DNA of 64,000 nucleotides from an uncultured Desulfatibacillum sp. GTDB taxonomy: Bacteria > Desulfobacterota > Desulfobacteria > Desulfobacterales > SpSt-501. The translations under genes and the position numbers were made by a program. The notes beneath the pieces were generated by a model. That model was not told the DNA's origin and did no database searches. It was given only the letters and a program-made list of their open reading frames with translations. This document shows, in pieces, positions 18,701-25,624 of this stretch (positions are counted from its first letter, which is position 1; the number at the start of each line of letters is the position of its first letter). The DNA is taken from the NCBI GenBank assembly GCA_964596545.1, contig CAZQUP010000001.1, positions 70,181-134,180 of the forward strand, given 5' to 3'.

Positions 18701-18909
18701 TCCGCGATGCGAGCAGCCGAAAATTGCAAGGCGATTTCATGTTTCTCGACGCCGACCACAAACCGATCGCCCAGCTCACCGGCTTCGAGGCCGTGATCGA
18801 CCCCTCGCTCAACCGGGCCTTCAAGCCGGGCGGCATCCGCGCGGAGCCTCTCGCGCTCGGGGAGAGCGGGGTACCGGAAAGCTCCGTTCAATCCGGGAGC
18901 AGATCGTAA
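12751..18909 (+). CDS. pfaA: PfaA-type multidomain synthase: KS - AT - single ACP - KR - PKS-type DH
   Basis: GTG start overlaps the pfaD stop (TAGTG). Domain anchors: KS active-site DAACASS (Cys codon 13438-13440) with HGTGT and GHTKAAAG; AT GQGSQ and GHSFGE (Ser codon 14821-14823); ACP LGIDSIKRVEI (Ser codon 16255-16257); KR GGARGIT (17140-17154); C-terminal DH motif HVLGERAVVP. Confidence 0.9.
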   Translation: MFPDLSPANGLQLDPPGGEGEIEFEVTPTLNRRPAAIVGMGCFFPQSPGLKGYLRLLFNGRDAVSEVPPTHWSREDYFDPDPRARDRVYCARGGFLPPVDFDPAAFGIPPALLEATDTSQLLALLAARAALADMGLPYDPARTSVILGVTGTQELVIPLSSRLGFPRWRRALAAAGVSDQTAEEVIRRISDSYVEWQENSFPGLLGNVVAGRISNRLNLGGTNCVVDAACASSLAAVHMALLELEAGRCDLALTGGVDTLNDIFMHMCFAKTQVLSATGDARPFSQHADGTVLGEGVGIVVLKRLEDAERDGNRIYAVLRGLGSSSDGRSQSIYAPRREGQVEALRAAYAEAGVDPGTVGLIEAHGTGTRVGDRVEFEALCEVFKSAGAPLGRCALGSVKSMIGHTKAAAGVAGLIKAALALHHRVLFPTLKAEDPDPALNLETSPFHLCRRARPWFSPDGAPRRAGVSAFGFGGSNFHAVLEEHGSSRREIGWDGSVQIFAFSAGSPAELLKEISATTADPKLSASGEGWSRLAAETRARFDPNAACRLLFPASDAREALDGLQTARKRLVQEAPAGDPTGRGVCYGEGAPAGALAILFPGQGSQYPDMGRELILRFPAARETIETAQRVLGLKPPLGDRIYPPHPPGRPDEERLQSTELAQPAIGAVSLALWKVLRAFGLSPAAAGGHSFGELTALCAAGRIDEEDFFALARARGRAMAEAPAGAMAAVFAPLAEVERAVSETGLPVGVANRNAPRQTVVSGSKDAVQRLAATLGRRGVRVVSLPVSGAFHSPLMTEASQSFAAALERADFAPAALQVFSSRTKTPFPAETDAVRRLLAEQMLFEVDFIGLIEAMYAGGIRSFVEIGPRAVLSGLVAEILAGRPHAAFSVDSSSGRKPGLLDLAAALCRICALGYPLDLIRWDPAEPVASSSSRLRIPICGANLGPSTDRKGENPLPPATPRCPGADDGRNLKAHREPISSSSRLRETPMENESSSIPPTRRAEEHRRTLEEGLQAIRRIHEQTAQAHEKFLDLQRETTQALLDLIRGSDTARFPAIRPSQLPEGSTVDPPLPLDPSVALSAQDPLSIPAAVEMKPSSPPDPAPAVRSAAAQEPPPPEAPPAPQASSPPATPALQDVLLEVVSRLTGYPPEMLGFDLDIEADLGIDSIKRVEILSALEEKIPGLRPVTPEDMPRLKTLSAMVSFFAAPRAATPPPDPAPAVRSAAAQEPPPPEAPPAPAKSVAPAPRRIITLEPAPEIDPVDVQVPSGRKIFVTDDRSGLARAVLDVLSDLGLSAVLVAADILHHRRDLPPAAGLFFVARPDGEDGQRELRDAFELTRRLGPDLIESARLGGAFFATVSRLDGALGFSGRRLSRPLQGALAGLAKTAAIEWPEVICHALDLDPDWRDLRTAARAVVREALHRGPLEVGLGPHGRLVPRLVRREDPAAGPLPLAPGETVIVSGGARGITAACAVELARRVRPALVLLGRTPEPGPEPLWMQGLEEENEIRRALLREEFSASSARPAEAEKKLRLLLAAREVRNTLQTLQELGAPAAYVSVDVRDPVRLRAVVAEARDRFGPIRGLIHGAGVLEDRLILDKTLEQFDRVMSTKLGGFLALREALGDEELRLMVLFSSVTARFGNRGQADYAMANEALNKLARAEARRRPGCRVVAVNWGPWDCGMVTPGIRREFERRGVELLSAAQGAASLIAELRRPPDEEAVEVVIGGMNRRKRLTAFSSRKTEGLRPLIERRLDLVSHPVLRAHVLGERAVVPLALIAEWLGEGALHENPGLVLDGLEEIRLLKGIRLEASPYPVHILAGKPRARNGGFEVDLELRGGENESTETLHCRARAVLAETHASPPVYRLPSGLSCNHYPRSPREVYEAVLFHGEALQGLRWIQCCTAEGMVADVAAAPRPESWVESPFRRSWLGDPLALDAAFQMASLWCWEMKGAVCLPSGVSSFRLYRGQWPEEGCRVVLEIRDASSRKLQGDFMFLDADHKPIAQLTGFEAVIDPSLNRAFKPGGIRAEPLALGESGVPESSVQSGSRS
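16049..16125 (+). repeat. Direct repeat copy 1 (77 bp, Pro/Ala linker upstream of the ACP)
   Basis: By hand alignment this is identical over 77 bp to 16394..16470. It encodes PPDPAPAVRSAAAQEPPPPEAPPAP. Confidence 0.9.
16394..16470 (+). repeat. Direct repeat copy 2 (77 bp, linker downstream of the ACP)
   Basis: Perfect copy of 16049..16125, offset by exactly 345 bp (115 codons, one linker+ACP unit). Confidence 0.9.
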
Positions 18910-20186
18910 AAATAGCGCATCACGTCGGAGCGGGTGAGGATGCCGAGCATGCGGCCTTCCTGGACCACCGGCAAACGGCCGATGTCGTGCTTGACCAGCA
19001 GCCGGGCCGCATCCTGAACGTTTTCCGTCGGACTGACCGTGACCACCTCGGTCGCCATAAAGGCCTTGACCGGGGATTTGAGCTGACCGGGCTTGCGGAT
19101 TTTGCGGAAATCGCGCCGGGAGATCATGCCCACGAGCCGCCCCTCCTCCACCACCGGAATTCCGGTGATCCCTTTTTCCCGCAGCAGGGCGGCCGCCTCC
19201 TCCATGCGGGTCGAAGGCGCGACGGTCCAGACCGGATAAGACATGAGGTCACTGATCTGCACGGCGGCCCGGCCGCCTTCCCGGAGGATCTCGAGGATCC
19301 GCCGCTCGATCTCCTCCGGCGGGAGATTCCGAAGGTGAACCGAGCCGGCGCGGGGATGCCCCCCGCCGCCCAGCCGCCGCAGGATCGCACCGACATCCAC
19401 GGCGTCCGACTGACTGCGGGCGATCACCATCGTGCGGCTGTCGGCCGGATCGTGGAAGACCCCGAAGGCCGCATCCACGCCGAGGATCTCCACGTACATC
19501 CGCATCACGACGGCAAGCCCGTCCACCTGCCCCGTCACTTGCGCGTGCGGGATGCTGATCCGGTGGCCGTTCACCCGGATGCGCCGGGCTTTCTCCAGCA
19601 TGCGGAAGAGGATCGCCTTGTGCCGCTCGCTGTAAGCCGGGCGCAAAAAACGGTTCAAAATGTCGAGGTCCGCCCGGCGCTCGAGCAGCCAGGCCGCAGC
19701 GTAAGCATCCTCGGCGCGGGTCGAGGGAAAGCTCAAGTTTCCCGTATCTTCGTAAATCCCCGCGAGAAACAGCGTCGCCTGCATCGGGGTGAGGGTCTGG
19801 CGTGCGCTGCGCAGCTCGCGCACCAACAGGGTCGTTGTGGCCCCCACTTCCTCGATCACCCGGCGCCGGGCGGCAATCGTCCCCCCGTCCGGGTGATGGT
19901 CGATGACCCAGAGATCGAGATCCTTCCGACCTTTCAGCGGCTCCATCCGCTCCAACCGGCTCCAGCAGTTCGCATCGACCACGATCAGCCGCTTGACCTC
20001 CTCGTGCGGAACCTCGGCGGCGGAAAGGGCCTCGAAGAGGTCTTTGTGAATGGAGAGAAAAGCCTTGACATTGGGGTTCAGCGTACGGGGGAGAACAGCG
20101 AGGGTTCCCGGGAAGACAAGCGTTGCCGCAATGACGGAGGCAAGCGCGTCGAAATCGGTGTTTTTGTGGGTGGTGACGATCTGCAT
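18888..20186 (-). CDS. DHH/DHHA1-family phosphoesterase with a C-terminal CBS pair
   Basis: THKNTDFDALAS, VVDAN, DHH (VIDHHP) and GGGGHPRAG (DHHA1) are followed by two CBS-like modules. The start is set at ATG 20186 (MQIVTTHKN) rather than the track start 20291. The 3' end overlaps the pfaA 3' end by 22 nt. Confidence 0.75.
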   Translation of the reverse strand: MQIVTTHKNTDFDALASVIAATLVFPGTLAVLPRTLNPNVKAFLSIHKDLFEALSAAEVPHEEVKRLIVVDANCWSRLERMEPLKGRKDLDLWVIDHHPDGGTIAARRRVIEEVGATTTLLVRELRSARQTLTPMQATLFLAGIYEDTGNLSFPSTRAEDAYAAAWLLERRADLDILNRFLRPAYSERHKAILFRMLEKARRIRVNGHRISIPHAQVTGQVDGLAVVMRMYVEILGVDAAFGVFHDPADSRTMVIARSQSDAVDVGAILRRLGGGGHPRAGSVHLRNLPPEEIERRILEILREGGRAAVQISDLMSYPVWTVAPSTRMEEAAALLREKGITGIPVVEEGRLVGMISRRDFRKIRKPGQLKSPVKAFMATEVVTVSPTENVQDAARLLVKHDIGRLPVVQEGRMLGILTRSDVMRYFYDLLPD

Positions 20187-20225
20187 GGCGCAGCCGAGGG
20201 CACCGATCTCGAATCGGCAGTCTCG

Positions 20226-20254
20226 ATTATAGCACGGGGTCGCCCGGGGACCAA
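20226..20254 (-). promoter_or_regulatory. Sigma-70-like promoter for the DHH-CBS gene
   Basis: The minus strand reads TTGGTC-N17-TATAAT (perfect -10). The leader contains the small hairpin CCGAT-TCGAG-ATCGG. Confidence 0.5.
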
Positions 20255-20278
20255 GCCGTCCGCGGCGCCGGATCCCGG

Positions 20279-20307
20279 TTGACAGGAGCAAGCGGCTGTT
20301 CGATAGT
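20279..20307 (+). promoter_or_regulatory. Sigma-70-like promoter for the ACT/UPF0210 genes
   Basis: TTGACA-N17-GATAGT lies 30 nt upstream of ATG 20337, which has RBS GGAGGCGGAG. Confidence 0.45.
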
Positions 20308-20336
20308 TACACTCCTCTCGGGCGGAGGCGGAGCGA

Positions 20337-20891
20337 ATGAAAAAGGCGCTTCTTTCCATTCTGGGTCGCGACCGGCCGGGCATCGTGGCCGCCGTGGCGC
20401 GCGGCCTGCTGGAACTCGACTGCAACATCGAAAACGTCAGCCAGGCGATGCTGCAGACCGAGTTCGCCGGCATCTTCCTCGTCGCCATGCCGGAGTCCGT
20501 CACGCTCCGGCGGCTCCAGGAGACGCTCACCGCCCGACTCGAGCCCATGGGGTTGCAGGTCGTCGCCAAGCCCTGCGCCCCCGCCGCGGAGAATGAAGCG
20601 CCGCCCTCCGCGGAGCCGTTCGTCATCACCAGCCGCGGGCCGGACCGTAAGGGGCTGGTCGCGCATGTCTCCGAGGTGATCGCCCGCCATGGGGTCAACA
20701 TCACCCGGCTACAGGCCGTCTTCAAAGGAGGCTCCCAGCCGGCCGATAACCTGATGATCTTCGAAGTCGACGTCCCCGAGGCGGTCGACGCCGGCTCCCT
20801 GCGCCGCGAGCTGAACGCGGCGGCCGAGCGGCTCGGACTGGAGATCAACCTCCAGCACCGCTTCATCTTCGAGACCCTCCACCGCATCTAA
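20337..20891 (+). CDS. Tandem ACT-domain protein (UPF0237/GcvR-like)
   Basis: Two ACT-like units are present: LSILGRDRPGIVAAVARGLLELDCNIENVSQ and VITSRGPDRKGLVAHVSEVIARHGVNITRLQ. Confidence 0.7.
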   Translation: MKKALLSILGRDRPGIVAAVARGLLELDCNIENVSQAMLQTEFAGIFLVAMPESVTLRRLQETLTARLEPMGLQVVAKPCAPAAENEAPPSAEPFVITSRGPDRKGLVAHVSEVIARHGVNITRLQAVFKGGSQPADNLMIFEVDVPEAVDAGSLRRELNAAAERLGLEINLQHRFIFETLHRI

Positions 20892-20902
20892 CGCCTGCCG
20901 CC

Positions 20903-22276
20903 ATGCTGACCGAGCGCGAAATCGTTTCCACCCTCGAAATGGTCAAAAACGAGCACCTCGATGTGCGCACCGTGACCCTGGGCCTGAGCCTTTTCGATTG
21001 CACGGGCGACGAGCTCGTCACCGTCCGCCGCCGCATCGCCGAGCGCATCCGGCGCCTGTCCGAAAGGCTTGTTCCCGTCTGCGATCGCATCGGGCAGAAA
21101 TACGGCATTCCCGTGGTCAACAAGCGCATCGCCGTCAGCCCGATCGCCGTCGTGGCTGCGGCCTTCGCGCCGCAGGAAATGGTCGAGATCGCCCGGACTC
21201 TGGATGCCGCCGCCCGCGAGGTCCGCGTGGATTTCATCGGCGGTTTCTCCGCGCTCGTCGAAAAGGGGATCGCCCGCGGCGACCGCGCCCTGATCGAGGC
21301 GATCCCCGAGGCCCTGGCTTCAACCGAGCGCGTTTGCGCCTCGGTCAACGTCGCCTCCACCCGCTCGGGCATCAACATGGACGCCGTCCTGCGGATGGGG
21401 GAGGTGATCAAGGCTGCCGCGGAGCGAACGCGGGAACGCGACGGGATCGCATGCACGAAACTCTGCGTCTTCGCCAACATTCCCGAGGACATCCCTTTCA
21501 TGGCCGGGGCTTACCTCGGAGTCGGCGAAGCCGACGCGGTGATCAACGTCGGCGTGAGCGGACCGGGCGTCGTCCGCAAAGCGATCGACCGCGCGCTCGC
21601 CGAACAGCCCGGCCTGGACCTGGGCGGCCTCTCGGAGATCATCAAAAAAACCGCCTACAAAGTGACGCGGGTCGGAGAGCTGATCGGACGCGAAGTCGCC
21701 GAGGCGCTGGGCATCCCCTTCGGGGTGGTGGACCTCTCGCTCGCCCCCACCCCCCAGGTGGGGGACAGCGTCGGGGAGATTCTCCAGAGTCTGGGGCTTC
21801 TCGCCATCGGGGTCCCGGGAAGCACGGCGGCGCTCGCCCTGCTGAACGATGCCGTCAAAAAAGGAGGCGCCTTCGCGAGCTCCCGGGTGGGCGGCCTCTC
21901 CGGAGCCTTCGTTCCCGTGAGCGAAGATCTGAACATCGCCGAGGCCGCACGGCGCGGGATCCTCGGCCTGGAAAAACTCGAGGCGTTGACGAGCGTCTGC
22001 TCGGTCGGACTCGACATGGTCGCGCTCCCCGGGGACACCCCCGCGGAGACCCTCGCCGCGATCATCGCCGACGAAATGGCGATCGGCGTCATCAACCAGA
22101 AAGCAGCCGCCGCACGGCTGATCCCCGTTCCCGGAAAACAGGCCGGCGAGCAGGCCGTTTTCGGAGGGCTGCTCGGCCAGACGACGATCATCCCGGTGAA
22201 CCGCGGTTCGGCCGAAAACCTTTTCGTGCGGCGCGGAGGCCTGATTCCGGCGCCGATCCACAGCCTGAGAAATTGA
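20903..22276 (+). CDS. UPF0210 / DUF711 (PFL-like) family protein
   Basis: N-terminus MLTEREIVSTLEMVKNEHLDVRTVTLGLSL, size ~450 aa and pairing with an upstream ACT protein fit the conserved ACT+UPF0210 gene pair. Confidence 0.7.
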   Translation: MLTEREIVSTLEMVKNEHLDVRTVTLGLSLFDCTGDELVTVRRRIAERIRRLSERLVPVCDRIGQKYGIPVVNKRIAVSPIAVVAAAFAPQEMVEIARTLDAAAREVRVDFIGGFSALVEKGIARGDRALIEAIPEALASTERVCASVNVASTRSGINMDAVLRMGEVIKAAAERTRERDGIACTKLCVFANIPEDIPFMAGAYLGVGEADAVINVGVSGPGVVRKAIDRALAEQPGLDLGGLSEIIKKTAYKVTRVGELIGREVAEALGIPFGVVDLSLAPTPQVGDSVGEILQSLGLLAIGVPGSTAALALLNDAVKKGGAFASSRVGGLSGAFVPVSEDLNIAEAARRGILGLEKLEALTSVCSVGLDMVALPGDTPAETLAAIIADEMAIGVINQKAAAARLIPVPGKQAGEQAVFGGLLGQTTIIPVNRGSAENLFVRRGGLIPAPIHSLRN

Positions 22277-22279
22277 GGG

Positions 22280-23095
22280 ATGAAGGTGGCGCGCTCCACG
22301 CGGCCGCGTCCCCGAGGCGGGAGACTCCTGCGGGACGGCCTGAAGGCCTTCGTGCTGGCCACGGCCCTGGTCGGGCTGCTCGGATTGGCCGCCGAGCGTC
22401 TGGGCTACCCCTGGCAGTGGTACCGCGTCCCCCGTTATCTCCTCACCGCCGCCGAGGACGGCTTACGACCCGGCCCCCTCCTGCGAGGTCTCGCCGTCAC
22501 CCTTCAGGTGACGGCGGCGAGCCTGGTCCTTTCCGTCGGGATCGGCCTGGCCACCGCTCTGCTTCGCCTTTCGCCTTCCTGGATCGGCCGGGGGCTCGCA
22601 CGGGTCTACCTCGAGCTCATCCGCAACACCCCCCTTCTCGTGCAGATCTTCTTCATCTATTTCGTTCTCGCCCCCGCCTTCGGCCTGAGCGCCTTCGCCT
22701 CCGCCGTGCTCGCCTTGAGCCTCTTCGAGGGGGCCTACGCCTCGGAGATCATCCGCGCCGGGATCGTCTCCGTGCCCCGCGGCCAGTGGGAGGCCGCTTA
22801 CAGCCTGGGGTTGAACACCCGGCTCACCTACCGTTTGGTCATCCTGCCGCAGGCGCTGCGGCAGATGCTGCCGCCGCTCACCGGACAGGCCGTATCCCTG
22901 GTCAAGGACTCGGCCCTTGTCAGCACGATCGCCGTCTACGATCTCACCATGCAGGCTCAGGCCGCCATCGCTGAAAGCTATCTTGTTTTCGAGATCTGGT
23001 TCACGACCGCCGCCCTGTACCTCGGGATCACGATCGCCCTTTCCCAGGCGGCCTCCCGTCTGCAAAAGAAGGCCCTGATCTCGGCCCCCCCCTAA
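22280..23095 (+). CDS. Polar amino-acid ABC transporter permease
   Basis: YLELIRNTPLLVQIFFIYF, EGAYASEIIRAGI, QWEAAYSLGL and LPPLTGQAVSLVKDSAL match the HisM/GlnP-family signature. Confidence 0.8.
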   Translation: MKVARSTRPRPRGGRLLRDGLKAFVLATALVGLLGLAAERLGYPWQWYRVPRYLLTAAEDGLRPGPLLRGLAVTLQVTAASLVLSVGIGLATALLRLSPSWIGRGLARVYLELIRNTPLLVQIFFIYFVLAPAFGLSAFASAVLALSLFEGAYASEIIRAGIVSVPRGQWEAAYSLGLNTRLTYRLVILPQALRQMLPPLTGQAVSLVKDSALVSTIAVYDLTMQAQAAIAESYLVFEIWFTTAALYLGITIALSQAASRLQKKALISAPP

Positions 23096-23113
23096 ACCCA
23101 TCGAGGAGGACCC

Positions 23114-23941
23114 ATGAATCTGCGATCCTTGTCGACCCTGGCCCTGGCCGCGGCCCTCTGCGCGCTTTCCCCGCCGGCTCCAGCGGGGGAGCTGCAGCAG
23201 AAGCTCGCGGGGGAAAGCATGATCGAACAGGCCATGCGCCGCGGGGTGCTGCGTGTGGGCATGTCGACCTTCGTTCCCTGGGCGATGACCGACAAAACCG
23301 GCAAACTGATCGGTTTCGAAATCGACGTCGCCACGCGGCTCGCCTCGGATCTCGGACTCAAGGTCGAGTTCGTCCCCACCAAGTGGGCGGGGATCATCCC
23401 TGCGCTGCTCACCGGAAAATTCGACGTGATCATCGGCGGCATGGGCATTCTCCCGCAGCGCAACCTGAAGGTGAACTTCAGCATCCCCTACGACCACTCC
23501 GGGGTGGCGATCGCCGCCCACAAGGAACTCGCCTCCGGTTTCCAGCGGCTCGAGGATTTCAATCGACCCGAGGTCACGGTTACGGCGCGGCTGGGCTCCA
23601 CAGCCGCCACTGCCGCCGACAAGCTTTTGCCTCGCGCGCGAAAACGCTACTTCGACGACGAATCCCAGGTGGTCCAGGAACTCCTGAACGGCCGCGCCCA
23701 TGCGCTCCTGGCCGGGGCACCGCTGCCCCGCTACCAGGTCCTCCGGCATCCCGACCGCCTTTTTCTGCCGCTTTCCGGAACGATCACCCGCGAGCCGATC
23801 GGCTTTGCCGTGCGCAAGGGCGACTTCGACAGCCTGAATGTCCTCGACAGCTGGATCCGGGTGGTCGAGGCGGAGGGCTGGCTCGCCGAACGCAAAGCCT
23901 ACTGGTTCGAGACCCAGGAGTGGGAAAGTCTGCTCAAGTGA
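23114..23941 (+). CDS. Amino-acid ABC transporter substrate-binding protein (family 3)
   Basis: Signal peptide MNLRSLSTLALAAALCALSPPAPA. GFEIDVATRLASDLGLKVEFVPTKWAGIIPALLTGKFDVIIGGM is typical of family-3 binding proteins. Confidence 0.8.
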   Translation: MNLRSLSTLALAAALCALSPPAPAGELQQKLAGESMIEQAMRRGVLRVGMSTFVPWAMTDKTGKLIGFEIDVATRLASDLGLKVEFVPTKWAGIIPALLTGKFDVIIGGMGILPQRNLKVNFSIPYDHSGVAIAAHKELASGFQRLEDFNRPEVTVTARLGSTAATAADKLLPRARKRYFDDESQVVQELLNGRAHALLAGAPLPRYQVLRHPDRLFLPLSGTITREPIGFAVRKGDFDSLNVLDSWIRVVEAEGWLAERKAYWFETQEWESLLK

Positions 23942-23967
23942 CCGCTTCGTCCCCCGAAAGGCAAGGC

Positions 23968-24882
23968 ATGGGCCACGGCCCTCCCACGCCGGCGCATCGG
24001 AGCCTTCTCCGACGCGCCTCCCGCTGGGACCTCCTGGCGGGCCTTCTTCTTGCCGCCGCGCTCGCTTGGGGGATCCACCGCCTTTCCACGGGTCTGTCCT
24101 ACCGCTGGGAATGGGAAGTGCTGCCGCAGTACTTTTTGCGCCGCGATCCGGAAAGCGGACGCCTGGCGGCCAACGTCCTTCTGCTCGGCTTTTTCACCAC
24201 GATCCGCCTGAGCCTCTGGGCCATGCTTTTCGCCACGCTGATCGGATTCGCCGCGGCCCTGCTGCGCATGAGCCGTCGGCCTTTCCGTCGGGCCGTGGCC
24301 GCCGCTTATGTGGAGCTGCTGCGCAACAGCCCCCCGATCGTGCTGGTGTTCGTGTTCTACTACTTCGTCGGCGAGCAGCTGCTCTCCGGATGGGGGTTGA
24401 CGCAGGATCCGGCGCTTGCCGGAGGATCCGGCGACGAGGCCCTCCTCGAATTCCTCTTCGCCCCGGCGGGGTTGAGGATCCCCTTTTTCTCCGCGGTGCT
24501 CACGCTCGCCCTCTTCGAGGGAGCCTATCTCACCGAAATCATCCGCGCCGGAATCCAGTCGATCGATCCCGGCCAGCAGGAGGCCGCGGCCGCCCAGGGC
24601 TTCAGCCGCTGGCAGCGGCTGCGCTACATCCTTTGGCCGCAGGCGCTCCGGCGCATCCTGCCGCCGCTCGGCGGACAGTTCATCTCCACGATCAAGGACT
24701 CGGCCATCGTCTCGGTCATCTCGATTCCCGAGCTGACCTTCCGCGGCCTCGAGCTCATGTCGGCCACGCACCTCACGATCGAGACCTGGATCGCAATCAC
24801 GGGTCTCTATTTCCTGCTTACCTTCGGCTGCTCGCTCCTCTTTACCCGCCTGGAGAGAGTTTCGCGCCGCCGTCCCGGATGA
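23968..24882 (+). CDS. Polar amino-acid ABC transporter permease (second subunit)
   Basis: Internal ATG of track ORF 23383..24882. YVELLRNSPPIVLVFVFYYF, EGAYLTEIIRAGIQS, QQEAAAAQGFS and LPPLGGQFISTIKDSAI are present. Confidence 0.8.
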   Translation: MGHGPPTPAHRSLLRRASRWDLLAGLLLAAALAWGIHRLSTGLSYRWEWEVLPQYFLRRDPESGRLAANVLLLGFFTTIRLSLWAMLFATLIGFAAALLRMSRRPFRRAVAAAYVELLRNSPPIVLVFVFYYFVGEQLLSGWGLTQDPALAGGSGDEALLEFLFAPAGLRIPFFSAVLTLALFEGAYLTEIIRAGIQSIDPGQQEAAAAQGFSRWQRLRYILWPQALRRILPPLGGQFISTIKDSAIVSVISIPELTFRGLELMSATHLTIETWIAITGLYFLLTFGCSLLFTRLERVSRRRPG

Positions 24883-24919
24883 GCGGACCGCGGCGGCGCG
24901 CGAAGGGCGGCCCGGCTCG

Positions 24920-24948
24920 TTGACATCGCCATCCAGGAAGGTTAAAGA
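24920..24948 (+). promoter_or_regulatory. Sigma-70-like promoter, possibly giving a leaderless or near-leaderless transcript
   Basis: TTGACA-N17-TAAAGA ends 7 nt before ATG 24956. The track's TTG start at 24920 is the TTG of this -35 box. Confidence 0.4.
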
Positions 24949-24955
24949 CCGGGGC

Positions 24956-25624
24956 ATGAAATCGGCCCCCCGCCGGCTCCTCCCCGAGCGTCTGCAAAGT
25001 ACGTTTCTGCGTTTCCTGGCCCCCCTCGTGCGGCTGCTCACGCGCCTGGGGGTGAGTCCCAACCTGCTTACCCTCGCCGGCGTGCTGATCACCGGAATCG
25101 CGGCGGCCGCGTTTCTCTTGCAGATGCCGCGTACCGGCGGCGTTCTCGTCCTCCTGGGCGGCCTGTGCGACGCGATCGACGGTTCTCTCGCCCGCAACGC
25201 CGGACGGGCGACCCGCTTCGGCGCGCTGCTCGATTCCTCCGTCGACCGCTACAGCGAATTTTTGATGCTCTTCGGTATCGGCGGCTTCTTCTTCCTGTCC
25301 CGGGACACCCTGAGCGCCGCGGCCACCTTTCTCGCCCTTTGCGGCTCGTTCATGGTGAGCTACACCCGGGCCCGAGCCGAAAGCCTGGGGCTCGAGGCCA
25401 AGGTAGGCGTCATGCAGCGCCCGGAACGCATCGTCTTTCTCGGCCTCGGAGCGCTCCTCCATCCCGTGGCGTTGAGTCTGGCCGTCTGGCTGGTCGCCGT
25501 CTTCGCCAACATCACCGCCCTCCAGCGTCTGCGCTTCGCCTTCCGACAGGATTCGGCGCTCGCCGAATCGGACCATGAAAAACGGAAAATCAAAACGGTC
25601 CCCTTCTCGAACCGCGGCTGCTGA
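24956..25624 (+). CDS. CDP-alcohol phosphatidyltransferase family protein
   Basis: The exact family motif D-x2-DG-x2-AR-x8-G-x3-D-x3-D is present: CDAIDGSLARNAGRATRFGALLDSSVD. The protein is a multi-TM membrane protein. Confidence 0.8.
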   Translation: MKSAPRRLLPERLQSTFLRFLAPLVRLLTRLGVSPNLLTLAGVLITGIAAAAFLLQMPRTGGVLVLLGGLCDAIDGSLARNAGRATRFGALLDSSVDRYSEFLMLFGIGGFFFLSRDTLSAAATFLALCGSFMVSYTRARAESLGLEAKVGVMQRPERIVFLGLGALLHPVALSLAVWLVAVFANITALQRLRFAFRQDSALAESDHEKRKIKTVPFSNRGC

